The position numbers and the translations under genes were made by a program. DNA of 64,000 nucleotides, from NCBI RefSeq assembly GCF_002105155.1, contig NW_019028998.1, forward strand, positions 310,001-374,000. The letters are read 5' to 3'. This DNA comes from Lobosporangium transversale (Eukaryota). Below are positions 51,574 to 64,000 of this stretch, in pieces. Each line of letters starts with the position of its first letter. The stretch's first letter is position 1. Under the pieces are notes generated by a model. That model did not search any database and had not been told where the DNA came from. It saw only the letters and a program-made list of their open reading frames with translations.

Positions 51574-54500
51574 ATGGAAGAGGAAGAAGGTATCTACAAT
51601 CTTTCTGGGTATCATCATTATCCATATCCTTTTCATATTTGGAAATAGGCGCTTATTTTAACCAGAGCTTACAACCTGAATCATGCCTATGTAGAAATTT
51701 GTAGAGTTTGTCGGTCCGAAGGCACACCTGAGCAACCGTTATTTCATCCCTGTAAATGCTCTGGAAGCATTCGCCATGTGCATGAAGACTGGTAACCATC
51801 AATATTCTGGCATGCTAGTTATGCTCTATATACTGTCGAAAGCCCAACTGTGCTCACGCTCAATGACACGCTTTTATTAATTTATTTATTTAATCATTAC
51901 AAACAACAAGTCTATTAGAGTGGCTAGAGCATAGCAACAAGAGGTTTGTCCATTCGCTGCCTTTGGTATAATTGCATTAGCCGTGTCGGAAACCCACATT
52001 GCTGATATTGCTCATTTATCTACTAAATATGCTTCGATAGACACTGCGAACTTTGTAAACACAACTTTGCATTTACGCCAAGTATGTGGCAAACATTCAT
52101 CCTTGTGGAAATAACTATGGCTTTAAATTTTTACCACCCATTAACTTTCGACTCCAAAATATGACTGTACCACATAGTATATTCTCCTGAAATGCCTGTG
52201 GCGATACCGAAGCGCGTATTGATTGGCAGGGCAATCGAAAGGCTGATAAAAATGATATGTATAATCTTACGAGGCATCCTTGCAGCTGTGATCTGGCTTG
52301 TCATATTACCATACTTTACGATATGGATATGGCGCCTTTATTTCTGGATTGGAGAAACCTTTGCATTCAGAGCCAACGGACTGGAGCCTCCGATATGGAA
52401 TTCGACTTCATTCTTTGCCGCACAACACAATATAAGTTCTGCAGCTCCAACCCCAGCAACTCCACTTAAAGGCATATCTTTATTCTTCTCCCAGTCCTTT
52501 ACATCAGAGCACCAATGGATCATGTAAGGAGGCTATTTTCTCTGATAATTTATGCGTTCCTTTTCTTTCTACTGCTGCTAAATTTAATCGCAATACCTTG
52601 ATACATAATTTAGCAAGTTTATCCTAGATTGCTTTGAGGGTCAGGTTATCAGTTCAGTTGTTGTTGTAGTCTTCGTTGCTCTATTCCTGCTCCATGAATG
52701 GGTCGTCCAGAATCAAGGCAACGAAGGGGTACGAATAGCTCTAGATGACCTCGCAGCCCCAGTTGTAGAAGTAGAGCCTGAGGCGCATGGATTCAACGTG
52801 GAGCATGCAGTAGAACGCTTCATTGCAGCTCAGCACCATATAGAAGCTGTGGTTGAAGGAGAAACTGACCATAGTGATGATGACGAAGATAATGACCAAG
52901 GAAATCAGTCAAATTCATCCCAGTCACCTTCAACAGAGCAAAGAAACCTAGCAGAATCTCGATATTTGCAAAATACTAGATGGGACGGAGGCAACTCAAC
53001 TTTTCTGGAACAACAACCGCGTTTCATTTGGGAGCCAGAAAACACAAATGGAAGCTCTTCATCAGATTCGCTAACAGCACCAAGTCTTGTCCCTACGTCC
53101 ATAAGACCGCCACCTGATGAGCTAGTTTCGACCTTGGGATCATCCTCAGTAAGACGAGAGGTACGGCCGAGCAATGAAAGGACCTTCTCATCAGACCCAA
53201 CAACAGGTATTTACGCATCTACACCTACTGTTGATCGGGGAGGACGTAGACCGGGAATGTTGGAAGATCGTGTGAATCAAGGGATAACATTTCGAGCGCC
53301 AGAAGATATGCGAATCCCAGAAGGGGTACTCAGTGCTGCGCCCCGTGTCGGATATGTCTACGATCCCTCTAATCAAACATTTTATCCGTAAGTTGGTTAC
53401 ATTTTATCTTGAGATTGCTAGATTAGAATAGGATACAGAAAGTTACTACAGAGCGCTCATTATTAGCCTATTTTCCTGGCTTTCGAATTGCATATCATTT
53501 ACTTCAGTGACACACGTTGGGTGTCCTCTCCCTTAGGATCGGCGTCACCAGCATTAAATGACATTGCTGAAAGAACTGGTACATCAAATTGGATGTCACC
53601 ATCGCAAAATTCTTTATCAGAAATCAATGCCGAAAGCTCATCAAGCGCATCACTTCATGTGCGGAACAGAGATAGCGAGCTTATTTGCTCTAGAGATGGA
53701 GCCCCTCTTTACTGGAAGCCTGAGATCCCATTGACATATGCAAATATTTATTTGAACGAAGACGGAAGCCAAATGAGCTTTTCAGAAAAAGAAGCTCGCT
53801 TTAACGACCTTTCCAAAATTGCAGACTTGAAACCTATTGACGGTTCCCAACCTTGGCTAATAAGACAATCGACACAAGGTGCCATTTTCAATCAACCACA
53901 GCAATCGAACTTAAATCAACAACAAGTTTTGGATGCTGGACAAGGGCTTGTTCAGCGGATCAACGAGCGTGGCATACGAGTACGGAATCGCCATGGCAAT
54001 CCAGCACCGCGAGAACCGAACGTAGCACAAGCAGTGGATGCACCACGAGTCCCTCGTTTATTCCATCCAGCACCAAATGCTCCTGTAGTCCCAGCTCCAG
54101 CTCCAGCTCCAGCTCCAGCCTTAGCTCCAGTGCCAGTCCCAGTTGCACGGGATGACGAGCCAGATGATATCAATATGGAGGACCTTGATGGTATTCTAGA
54201 GATCATTGGGATGCATGGCTCACTTTGGACACTTATTCAGAACTCATTATTGATGTCAGCCTTGATTTGCGCCAGCATTGGACTCGGTGTCTGGGTTCCT
54301 TTTATGATTGGCAAGACTATCTTGCTCATGAACCTTTTTAATTTTCTTCGAATGCCCCATGTGCTACTCAGTCGGCTTACCGACCCGATTCTTGACTATA
54401 TTTTTGATCGATTCTTGCCACATGCAAATTTAACTTTTTCAACGGTGATTGAGACACTCAACACAAAAATCCTACCTCGGACGATTTCACGGACTGGATC

Positions 54501-57500
54501 ATATTTTGGCAGTAGAGCATTGGAACCATTGACGTTGGTATATGAAAATTATTTATTACCGATGTGGGATGCTATCATTAAGCTCAGTACATCTGGTACG
54601 CTACATAGCACTTACATCAAAGGTGCAGCCACAGAAAATGTCGAAGAATTTACCCTTGACGGAACGGCTAAGCATAGCATCAATGGTGATATTACTACCA
54701 ACGCTACTGTGGTACACCATATTGTTCGCAAGTGGAACGAGCTGGCATATGGAAATACTTCAAGTGACAAACTTGCTGCGATTGTTATTGGCTATGTGGC
54801 TCTGTTTACTCTTGCATCATGGTACTTCGCGCACACACGAGATGCTGATGGACATGGTATTTCAAGAGCCATAAGGAACGTTCTTCGCCAACAAGGCTTG
54901 ATTCTTAAGGTACAATTTCAATCAAATGAAGGTTAAAATAAGATATACATATGGCCACGAGCATCATAACTGATCTAACTGAAGGTTTGGGATCCTTGCA
55001 TGAGCAGATAGCCTTTTTCATTGCAATGGAGATGATAGTTTTTCCGCTCTTCTGTGGAATTGCAATCGGTCTGTCGACCTTCCCTTTATTCAATGGGGCA
55101 TCCATTGCCACACGGATAGCATTCTACAACATGTCGCCGAACTGGTCGCTTATCATGCACTGGCTTGTGGGAACTGCATTCATGTTCAATTTTTCATTTT
55201 TTGTTGGGCTCTGCCGTCGTATGGTGCGGCCAGGTGTCATGTGGTTCATTCGCGACCCGAACGATGAAGGCTTTCATCCAATCCGCGAAATCCTAGAACG
55301 ACCTGTTTTACTCCAGCTACGTAAAATAGGCTCAGGGGCGGTCATGTATTTCCTATTGATTCTTCTTAGCGTGGCATTCACAATTCACTCAGTGAATTTG
55401 TTGATGAAAGGGGTTTTACCATTACGCTGGCCGGTTGAGTAAGTCAATCCGTTAATGCTTTTGAACAACTGACTCGATGTATCACCTATGCTTCAAAAGT
55501 GGGCTAACTGACATGAACAGTCTACTTTCATCAAGTGAACCTATCTCGGATCTTCCAATAGACATGTTACTTCTCCATCTAGTATTTCCTCTGACCGCCC
55601 GTTGGTTGAACCCAACAGACCGTCTAAAAATCCTTTTCGCAGCTTGGTGGCGCAAACTGTCGCACTGGCTGAGGTTGAGCTCATTCATGTATGCAGCTGA
55701 TGGCCAACGCTTCTATGACGAAGAGGGACACATTGTTTACCGTAGCTGGAAGGCATGGCTGTTGTGCTGGCGTCCGCCTATTCCTGACGTGGATAGTGCA
55801 GACAATGAGATAGTTGCCAGCGGCGAAGAGTTAGGTCTTGAATCTCCTGTAATCTTTGTACGGGATGGCGGTTTCCTCCGTGTACCAAATACAGACCGCA
55901 TTTTCTATCTGAAAAACCGCCGCGTATTAGTTCCTGTTGATGAGAACGGAAATGCATTGGACCCTAATGAAGACCTTCCAGGAGAGATTGATCCGCTGAT
56001 GGAACTGCAGGTGCGCCGTCGAGAAGGACTTATTAATCCTAAAGAGAATACAATTATTGTTTATGCCCCGCCCCATTTCAAACAGAGGTTGATCGCGTTT
56101 ATCGTCTTCCTCTGGATGTCTGTGGCCGCCTTTTCGGCTCTCTCCATTGTCATTCCGAGTATGTTATTCATGATCTCAATTGAACGCTCACTTCATATTA
56201 TTTATTATATCTTTATTCTAACGGTACCTACTCTTCATATTTCTTGCTATGTCTTTATTATGACACCACTTGCTGCCCATCAATTTGGTGCCCTAATATG
56301 TAGTGGTCCTTGGCAGGGCCATTTTTGCGTTGAAGACTAAGCGACACGTCCATGATATCTACTCGATTCTTGTGGGAGTTTACTTTTTGCGTGGCCTCTG
56401 GTGTTTGCTGGAATGGACAGTGAATAAGGTGCAGACGATCAGCTCCCAGGGACTACAGCCAATCGACCCCAAAGCTCAGCTTAGAGTCGTATGGGATTTG
56501 AGCAAGGCAGCAGCCAAAGTACTCTATTTTGGAATCGTATTTGGGGCTATAATGCCGTTTATTTTAGGTTTTTTAATGGAGTTGTTTGTTGTACTACCAT
56601 TGCGCCATGCAGTCGAGGATGAGACAAACATGATCTTTGTTGTCAATTGGGCAGTTGGATTGCTTTACATGAAGATTATACATCGGGTCTTAAGTGTAAT
56701 ACCCAATAACCAGTTTGCAGCTGACATCAATCGCGTCTTTGTGGGAACTAATATCCGCAATTGGGATGCGGCACTTGCGACCCGTCGATTGATTTTCCCT
56801 GTCTTAGCCGTATCAGCTCTCGCCGTTGGCGGGCCTCTGTTTTTGGCATGGATTTCCGCTGAGAGCCTTGGTAAGCGACTGTTTGCTAACAATCATGTTG
56901 TTTTATCGATGTTAGTATCAGGTATAGATATTAATAGTCAGCAATTGGATTTAATGCATTTATGTTTTATAGGGTTGACAGGTGCTGCCCGATTGAGGAT
57001 GTTCAGGCAATCATATCCGGTCTCTATGGCTATTGCATTAATAGCCTTTGGAGTCAAAGAAAGCCTGGTCATCCTGCGAGGCTGGAGTCAATATGTTCGT
57101 GATCAGGAGTATCTCGTGGGACGACAGCTTCATAACCACCAGGATGAGGATGAGGAACAACCACAACCGTTGCAACCTCAGCAGGAGCTAACAGAAACAC
57201 TACAAGATATTACCCAGTTACATGATGAAACTGGTTTGCCAGACTCATCAAGACTATCATCACTAGAATCACAAGGTCAGAATGGCTCTAACCTGAATGA
57301 AGATCCGTTAACATTGGCTGATCATGATGGAGCCTCAGTAGCAAAAGAACCTCAGTATCCACCACTACTACGTTCTCATTCAGGACTAGTAAGGGATCCA
57401 TTGATCGCATCCGAGTTAATAGATGAGGAAGAAGGAGGGTCAATCGCTCAGCGAACACGACTCCGGAGAAGTCGGCGCCTTCAGGCGCAGGAGGAGACAA

Positions 57501-57514
57501 TAAACGATAGTTAG
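51574..57514 (+). CDS. DOA10: ERAD E3 ubiquitin ligase DOA10/MARCH6 (RING-CH plus multi-TM TD domain); multi-exon
   Basis: [89 protein letters not shown] and [14 protein letters not shown]. Confidence 0.95.
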
Positions 57515-59029
57515 AATAGCTTTAACCTTAGACGCTAAATAATCACTCGTCGATGATTCTCCTGCTACCCGTTTTTTAACTTTATGAGTAAAGGAAAGAG
57601 GCAAGTCAGTTTTCATTATTGAACGGGGTCCACTAACAAGCAACACACGTTAGAGTGACCTCGCCCTTTGGTGAGGCATTACCTTGCTATTTTACAAACA
57701 GTACATGTAGATTCACATTCTATTATAAAGCATAAATAAAAAAAAATAAAAAAAAAAAGGAGATGGGCAAATGGATAATGGGAGAAGGAGAGACATCTGT
57801 GTACTACATCCTCGCCTACAACACGAGTTCACAGCTAATTTGGGCTCTGAGAATAAAGAAACTGATCTCATTGGTCACAACAGCCACAGCGTTAACGTGT
57901 TTTCTCTCATGCTGGGAAAAACAACTTTACGACTATTCGCAGTGTTTATTTATTAATTTATCTGGTGAGACCTGGAGGAAGTCTGACTATCGAAACCGTG
58001 AGAAATCCGCTGGTTTGCTTTTGACATCCTTTTCCATGGCTAGGGCAATTACAGGTTCACGTACTTTGAAAAGGATGAAAACTATAATGTTTGGACTGAG
58101 TACTGAGCAGGTAATTGAGGCAACTGCTCTTCTAGTGTTGGTCTCATTCAAATTATTATGACAAGCTAAAAAATAAAAAAAGCTAGGAAGCGCGCGTCAG
58201 GCTTGGTGTCTCCAATTTATTACAGCTTTTTTTTTTTTTTTTTTTTTTTTCCCTATCCCAAAGCCTCATACACTCTGTTGACCTGCGTGTACAACAAATA
58301 CAATTTGTTTTTTCTCTTCTTTTTTTGATGAAACTTTGATAAAACCAAGAAAGGCTGTTGTGGTGATCACTCTTTTGCATAAAAAAGAAAATGAAAAGTA
58401 AATGGAAAAGACTTGAACGACAACATTGCGCGATAAATAACGCTTTAGAAACGAAAAATGTAACAAGCAGAGCAATCAGCCCTCATAAAGTCCAAGAGAC
58501 ACATAGACTTTTCGGTGAACCGAGTACAAACGGAGGGATAGACGGTCCAATGGGCACAAACGCGCTATGTGCGTGCCCTTACTCGCACTTCCAGGTTGAG
58601 AAATATGTAGAGGAAAGCGAGATGCTTGCGGAATAATGGAGATTGATTTCCCCAAGGATATCTCGTAGGAAACAGTCATTGTTCCCTTTTTTCTCTACTT
58701 TCATAGAGCCTACATTGATCAATGAAAGAAGAATTAAAGGATAAGAGCTGCACGCAAAGAAAGATAGAGATAATAGAGGCTACGAAAAAAAAAAAAAAAA
58801 AAAAAAGACGTATAAATAATGGACAAAACCCAAAGATCGAATACGAAAGCTCACTCAAGCAACCACTCCTCATACAAAGCAATCCTATAAAAACCCATCC
58901 CCCAATTTCCCTCTGTAAGTAATTTTCCAACTGCAGCAATGTCAACCAAGAAACGGGTGCTCATTGTGACTTAGGCGCTGACCGATACATTTTTTTTCTA
59001 AAAAGTCACTCGAGCGGTCCATTACCATT

Positions 59030-59443
59030 ATGGTTAAACTCTTGCTCCTTGTTTTGGCGCTCGTTCAAGCCTGCATTCTCGGTGCACAGGCGACCCACGT
59101 TATTGCATTTGGGTTCAGTGACAAATACAGCCTTTATCGCTACGCCGGCATTTGCATTCGTACTAGAAATGGACTCGTAATGCAGGACTATGACACCTTT
59201 GCTCACACGGTCAACAACTTTGGTTACCACAAAGATGGCGTCTCTGCTACTGTCACATTCGACACTAGATCAGTTAATATGCACAATCCAAACTGGGGCC
59301 GCTTTCAATTCCCGCACTATGATAGAAATGGAAAGTACGAGCGCTGGGCTGGCTGCTTTGAGAGTCCCGGAGATAGCTGCGATTACTATCACCAAGCTGT
59401 TAATGAATGTGATGAGTTCTTCAGGATCGGTGTTTGGAAGTAA
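59030..59443 (+). CDS. Small secreted protein (137 aa), intronless, unknown family
   Basis: Signal peptide MVKLLLLVLALVQACILGAQA. The mature part has 4 Cys and many aromatic residues. TATA-like TATAAAA at 58886. Confidence 0.75.
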   Translation: MVKLLLLVLALVQACILGAQATHVIAFGFSDKYSLYRYAGICIRTRNGLVMQDYDTFAHTVNNFGYHKDGVSATVTFDTRSVNMHNPNWGRFQFPHYDRNGKYERWAGCFESPGDSCDYYHQAVNECDEFFRIGVWK

Positions 59444-59461
59444 AGAAAACAAAAGACCCTA

Positions 59462-59503
<42 letters not shown>

Positions 59504-59623
59504 TAATAATACTGAAGCCGATTACAGCAATTCAGCGAAGTTACAGCTTCTATCGATTTATAGTTTCATGAATAAAAATATTCATTCTTTTATTGTAATA
59601 AAGCACGGTTTTATACTCCAATA

Positions 59624-59627
<4 letters not shown>

Positions 59628-59656
<29 letters not shown>
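59628..59656. repeat. (AT)n microsatellite
   Basis: Perfect AT dinucleotide run of about 14 units. Confidence 0.9.
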
Positions 59657-59660
<4 letters not shown>

Positions 59661-60240
59661 TAGAAAGAAGAAAAGAAAGATCTCGATGCTGTTTAGATTT
59701 CATTCTTTTGCAGCAAGTGTAAACCAAATTACACTTAAACACCTGTATATTCTGGTGGGTGGTGAATAGTCCATGCTGTACTTATCCTCTTTTATTCAGT
59801 TCCTACCAAGCATTCTGTCTAAAAAGTCGCACTCGTGCTCTACATTCTCTTCGAAACTCGAGCACCATTTTGAAGTGGAGTCCCTAATATTCAAACCAAT
59901 ACTCAATGGTAGCCACCACTGGACTGTGTAAACTAATATTCACCCCCCTCACCTGGAGCATTGGCCGACTTTCGGCCACAATTGACATTGGCATATGAGC
60001 AGCAAAAAAAAACAAATTAATAGTGGAAAGTAGTAGACTTGGAACACAATTGAAGACAAAGAGGTCTCATTTCTAGGATAGGGGAGAGAATATCTATACA
60101 GATTAAGAAGTTCCATGTTATTAGGGAGCCTCGAGTTACTTTTGTCCCAAAGAGTACATTCAAGAGCATAGTCATACCAAACATAAATATTTATCCTTTA
60201 GAAGCTGAAGCAAAAAAAAAAGTCTTCATTGCATTGTGTC

Positions 60241-60271
<31 letters not shown>

Positions 60272-60532
60272 CGCACGTAATATTCCTCAACGCAACAGTA
60301 CAGGGACAGTTTTTCATGCACTTCAAGTAACCCACGCTGCAGTGTTCAGGGCCTTACTGACCCTTAAGATATTTTGCCTGCTCTGCAATGGTCATTTTAG
60401 ACAGAATAAAATGAAATAGAGTGGAAAGTAAGAAGAATATCAAATCTCGAATTACCCGAAAACTGGGCAGGCTTAACAAAGACATATTATACAAGAGTAT
60501 CAATAATTTAAAACCTTTTATAGGCTCGATAT

Positions 60533-61544
60533 CTATGTAAACAATGCTTCCAGATTAGCACTACGATGATTTTTCTTCCGTCGCAGTGAGGATGACGATT
60601 TAAAAAAGTCATCATCGCTATCATCAGTACCATCCGTATTATCGCTATCACCAGTATCATCCATATCATCACTGCTCTCTTCAGCCCTGCTCTTTCCCTT
60701 GCCGACTCCTTTGTTCTGCTTCTGTTTCCTGTCCTTATTTTTAACCAATAATTCTTCAGACTCACTATCAAATACGACTTGTTTTGCGAGTTTACCCCTT
60801 TTCACGCCCTTAAGCCTGCTAGTGCTACCACCATTACTGCTAATACCCTCTCCAGCTCCACTCTTGTTATCGTTTCCTTTGGCGTCCTTCAGTTCGTCGT
60901 CATCGTCCGAGATACATATGGCACGCCTCTTTCGCTGGAGCAAGCCTTTAGACCGATTAGCTGACATTGCGGCAACTACAGTACTCTCATCTTCTTTTAC
61001 TTCTTCAGTACCCTTGCTCCTTTCAGAATCTTTTCCCCTCTCCTCTTTATCAGTACCACCTTTATCCCTCTGTTCTGATTCGCTATCATCCGAAATCTGA
61101 ACGATTGTTGGAGACACCTTGCTTAGTCTTCTGTTGTGTGACCCTCTTGTTCTGATCCGTGTGGAGGGCCGCTTGGATCGTGATACTCCGCGTTTGATAC
61201 GGCGACTCCTCGCTCTGCTATATTCGTCATCAAAATCGCTATGGTTGTCAACTGTCTGATAGACTGAGATCATCAACATCCAGATTGGGCTCACTTATAT
61301 TGTTTTCACCTTCACTGTAATCGTTGATAAAAGAGTCATGCGAGTCGTACGAGTCGGGTTCGGATTCTTGATCTGTATTTTCTTGACTTACATCAGAATC
61401 CTCGTCGCCACTAAATAATGTACTACAGTTGACACATACTCCCCTTCTAACTTCCCATCCACATACTGCACAACGTCTACAAAAACATAAAACAAATTTT
61501 TGTTGTAACGGTCGTTACGAAGGGATCTGTCGAATTTCTTATCA

Positions 61545-61583
<39 letters not shown>

Positions 61584-62722
61584 CCTTTGAAGCTTACCTC
61601 ACACCATCCTCTTTATCAATAACAGTACCGCTACCAAGTCCATCAAGACTGAGGGGCCTGAACAGCCCTGCCCAGATATCGCCCTGTTTTTGAATACGTT
61701 TGAAACTATTTTCATCTGCCTCTATCCTCGCCATGGTAGCTTTACGTTCAGGCTCCAGGAGCCCGGCAATTGAGTTCTGGACTTGCTCACGAATGTTGAG
61801 CGAAAAAGTTGGTCTCCGTAATAATTTAGTCCGACATGTTGGACATGACTTGTGGATTTCGATCCATGAGTGCAAGCAGGCATAGCAGAAAGTATGGCCG
61901 CATTCGATCGTAAAAGGTGATGAAAAGTAATCGACACAGATGCTGCACTGCAGTGCCATATCGCGCTTTTGTTGCTGCTGTAGCCTTATTGAGGTTATTT
62001 GAGCATTTGAGTCACCGCTAGTGGTATGATCGACTACATCTACTGCGGCTGGTCTAGTAGTTGACTCTCCTCCAGCTTCTACCTCTGTAGACCGTAGTTT
62101 TGCGATAATAGCATCTTTATACTCAATCTCCTTTTGCAACCTCACTACTAATTTCTGCAGTCGCTCTACCTCTGATTCAGCCTCCTTTGCTACAAACAAC
62201 TCGAGCGCTTTGTCATCCAGAGTTGATGTGTAACTGCAAGACGCTTTAGAATCATTGGTAGGATTCGTTATTGATGGCTTTTGTTGCGATAATGACGATG
62301 GATCAGAAGTGAGTTTTCTACATGTTTCCGAAGATGAGGGCGTCTCTTTAGCGCTTGTTGAGGAAGCTATAGTAGGAGGCGTGTTTTGCTTCTTCTTGCC
62401 CTTCTTATCCTCGTGAAGATCCAGATGCACAGTTGTTGGTGGAGGGGTTGAGACGAATGAGGGGTTCTGTGACGAGACTAAAAGTGGAGATTGTGATGAA
62501 GCTGAAGGTGCCACAGTTTGAGATGATGTTTCAGACTGTTGACTATTGCCACTAGCAACAGCGCAAAGCTCGTTCTGTGCGCGCTGCTTGGCCCGTTTAG
62601 CTCTCTATCATATTACGATTCATCGATAGTGCCACTTATGAGAAGGACTATTGTTTGGTGCGACATGGTCAAAGAAAAGGGAAAGCAATGTATACCTTTT
62701 TAGCATTCTTTACTTTCGACAT
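60533..62722 (-). CDS. PSH1-like RING (C3HC4) E3 ligase with a second zinc cluster and acidic/basic tail; reading-frame break at 61248-61250
   Basis: Starts MSKVKNAKK|RAKRAK. RING LQCSICVDYFSSPFTIECGHTFCYACLHSW...CPTCR, then DKEDGVRRCAVCGWEVRRGVCVNC and YDSHDSFIND. Confidence 0.8.
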
Positions 62723-63205
62723 TTTGTAAGAATGACAAGATGGATGTATAAATATACAATTATAAAATGTGCTGTCAAATGAACGTTGAAAGAGAAGCGT
62801 CTATTTTTTTTTTTTTGCATTTAGTGGCAAAATTTAAAGTTGATCTCGTGACCAAAATAAACTGCTACTGCTTTTTTTTTTTACCTTGACCAACAGACAT
62901 GAATCCTGACCTTTTGCATTGTCTTAGAAAGTGGTTGCAGTTTTTTTGTCAAAAACAGTATCGCTTCTCAACGAATGTCATGGCTCGTCATAATAGGTCA
63001 AGCCTCAACAAAGTCCATTTCATTCTCAGTTGAGGCATGTAAATAGACAGCACTGTTGGATGAAAGTATATCCATTGGATCAAGTTACAACAAATTCTTA
63101 AGTCAAACGACTTATAAATTTCAAGCTAAAAGTGTCTGTAGAAGGGTCAAAATAATAAAACCACCTGGAGAGAGATTTATTTCTTATGCAACTGCATCTG
63201 CTGGT

Positions 63206-64000
63206 TTATTCGTTAATGTTATAAATATCGCCTCTATCACCGTCAAAACTGCTATCCAGGTCCGAGAGATCTTCACAGATGATGCTTGATTCGATGGAAA
63301 TATCAGCGTGCCTTTTTCTCCTAGAAGAAAAGAGTGTCTCGTTTCCATGATGCTCAGATTCAGCCTCAGAGTTCGATGTGCCCTCAGACATGCTATGGTC
63401 ATCCGCCTCCCATTCCTTATCCTTGTTATCGTCACTGTTGTAGATAACTCGCTGCACACCTTTACCGGAAATGATCGATTCCGGTACTGATGCACTTACT
63501 TCTGTTTTTATATTAATTTCTTCCATTTTCACAATACTACCAATATTTTCAATGTCTTCCGCGTGGCCGTTAATATTATTGCCGCTGGATGGCGCCGAAA
63601 GATGTAATTCAATAGAAATAGGGTATTCGCGCTTAAAGTTTTCGTCAAAAAAAAAAAAAAAAAAAAAAAAGGATTAAGATCGACTAAAACAATAGGCCCT
63701 CAGGTAAATGATTAGAGAACAAAAGCAATACCTCAAGTAAAGTGAGAGTACCGTTTTTGCAGATAGGGATAGGAGTATCCTTCGGAAGTACTTCCCCATC
63801 CAACATAGAGCGGTTAGTCCCTAGTCGTGTGATGGTCACATCGCTTCCAGAAGATACGATTTGGACTATTGGCGTATAAAACAAAATAACGATAATAAAA
63901 AGTCTTCAGATTCAGCAGCCGTTGTAAATGCGCATTGAGTATGATTGAATTTTTTTTTTTTTTTTTTTTTTTTTTCCTTTCAGTAACCTTGCTTGCGACT
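63206..64000 (-). CDS. PNKP/aprataxin/APLF-type FHA-domain protein with acidic tail; 3' part only
   Basis: Spliced SRKQ|VQIVSSGSDVTITRLGTNRSMLDGEVLPKD...LTLLE|REYPISI, followed by a D/E/S-rich tail ending DIYNINE*. Confidence 0.6.

Noticed and set aside
51442..51636. 64-aa minus-strand ORF as the first exon of SWT1
   Set aside because: It overlaps the DOA10 first exon and intron on the plus strand (ATG 51574) and has no recognisable similarity.
54091..54141. (CCAGCT)n-like tandem repeat
   Set aside because: It encodes a PAPAPA low-complexity linker inside DOA10 and is not an independent element.
60699..61100. Antisense ORFs over coding exons (this one and many similar in the track)
   Set aside because: They are shadow ORFs opposite well-supported genes, with no independent evidence.
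1..64000. Biosynthetic gene cluster, defence island, CRISPR array or prophage
   Set aside because: The genes are functionally unrelated eukaryotic housekeeping genes. I saw no NRPS/PKS, cas, spaced repeats, transposase, RT or integrase ORF.

Overview
Gene-dense, intron-rich eukaryotic DNA. The GT-AG introns (mostly 80-200 nt), many long A/T homopolymers and gene content point to an early-diverging fungus, most likely Mortierellaceae (inferred, not proven). I can support about 20 spliced protein-coding genes: oligopeptidase A, DCAF6/8-like WD40, GH47 mannosidase, PRPP synthetase, Stc1-domain, DUF1295, PAQR, T5orf172/Mug113, NUDCD1, a mitochondrial carrier, a KASH-like protein, CWF19L1, DPH6, an ABCC transporter, SWT1, DOA10/MARCH6, a small secreted protein, a PSH1-like RING protein, an FHA protein and one unknown partial gene. 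I see no multi-gene cluster, rRNA, tRNA or CRISPR array. The most interesting signals are single loci: (1) an intact ABCC gene whose normally active ATPase site has lost both LSGGQ and the catalytic glutamate, so it is a predicted pseudo-ATPase; (2) a mitochondrion-targeted oligopeptidase A of cyanobacterial/plant type; (3) a candidate KASH/dynein-adaptor protein; (4) a tiny poly(A) retro-insertion with a perfect 16-bp target-site duplication; (5) an apparent +1 frameshift or exitron in the PSH1-like gene; (6) an Stc1-like zinc-finger gene. Exon boundaries were read by eye and need RNA-seq confirmation.
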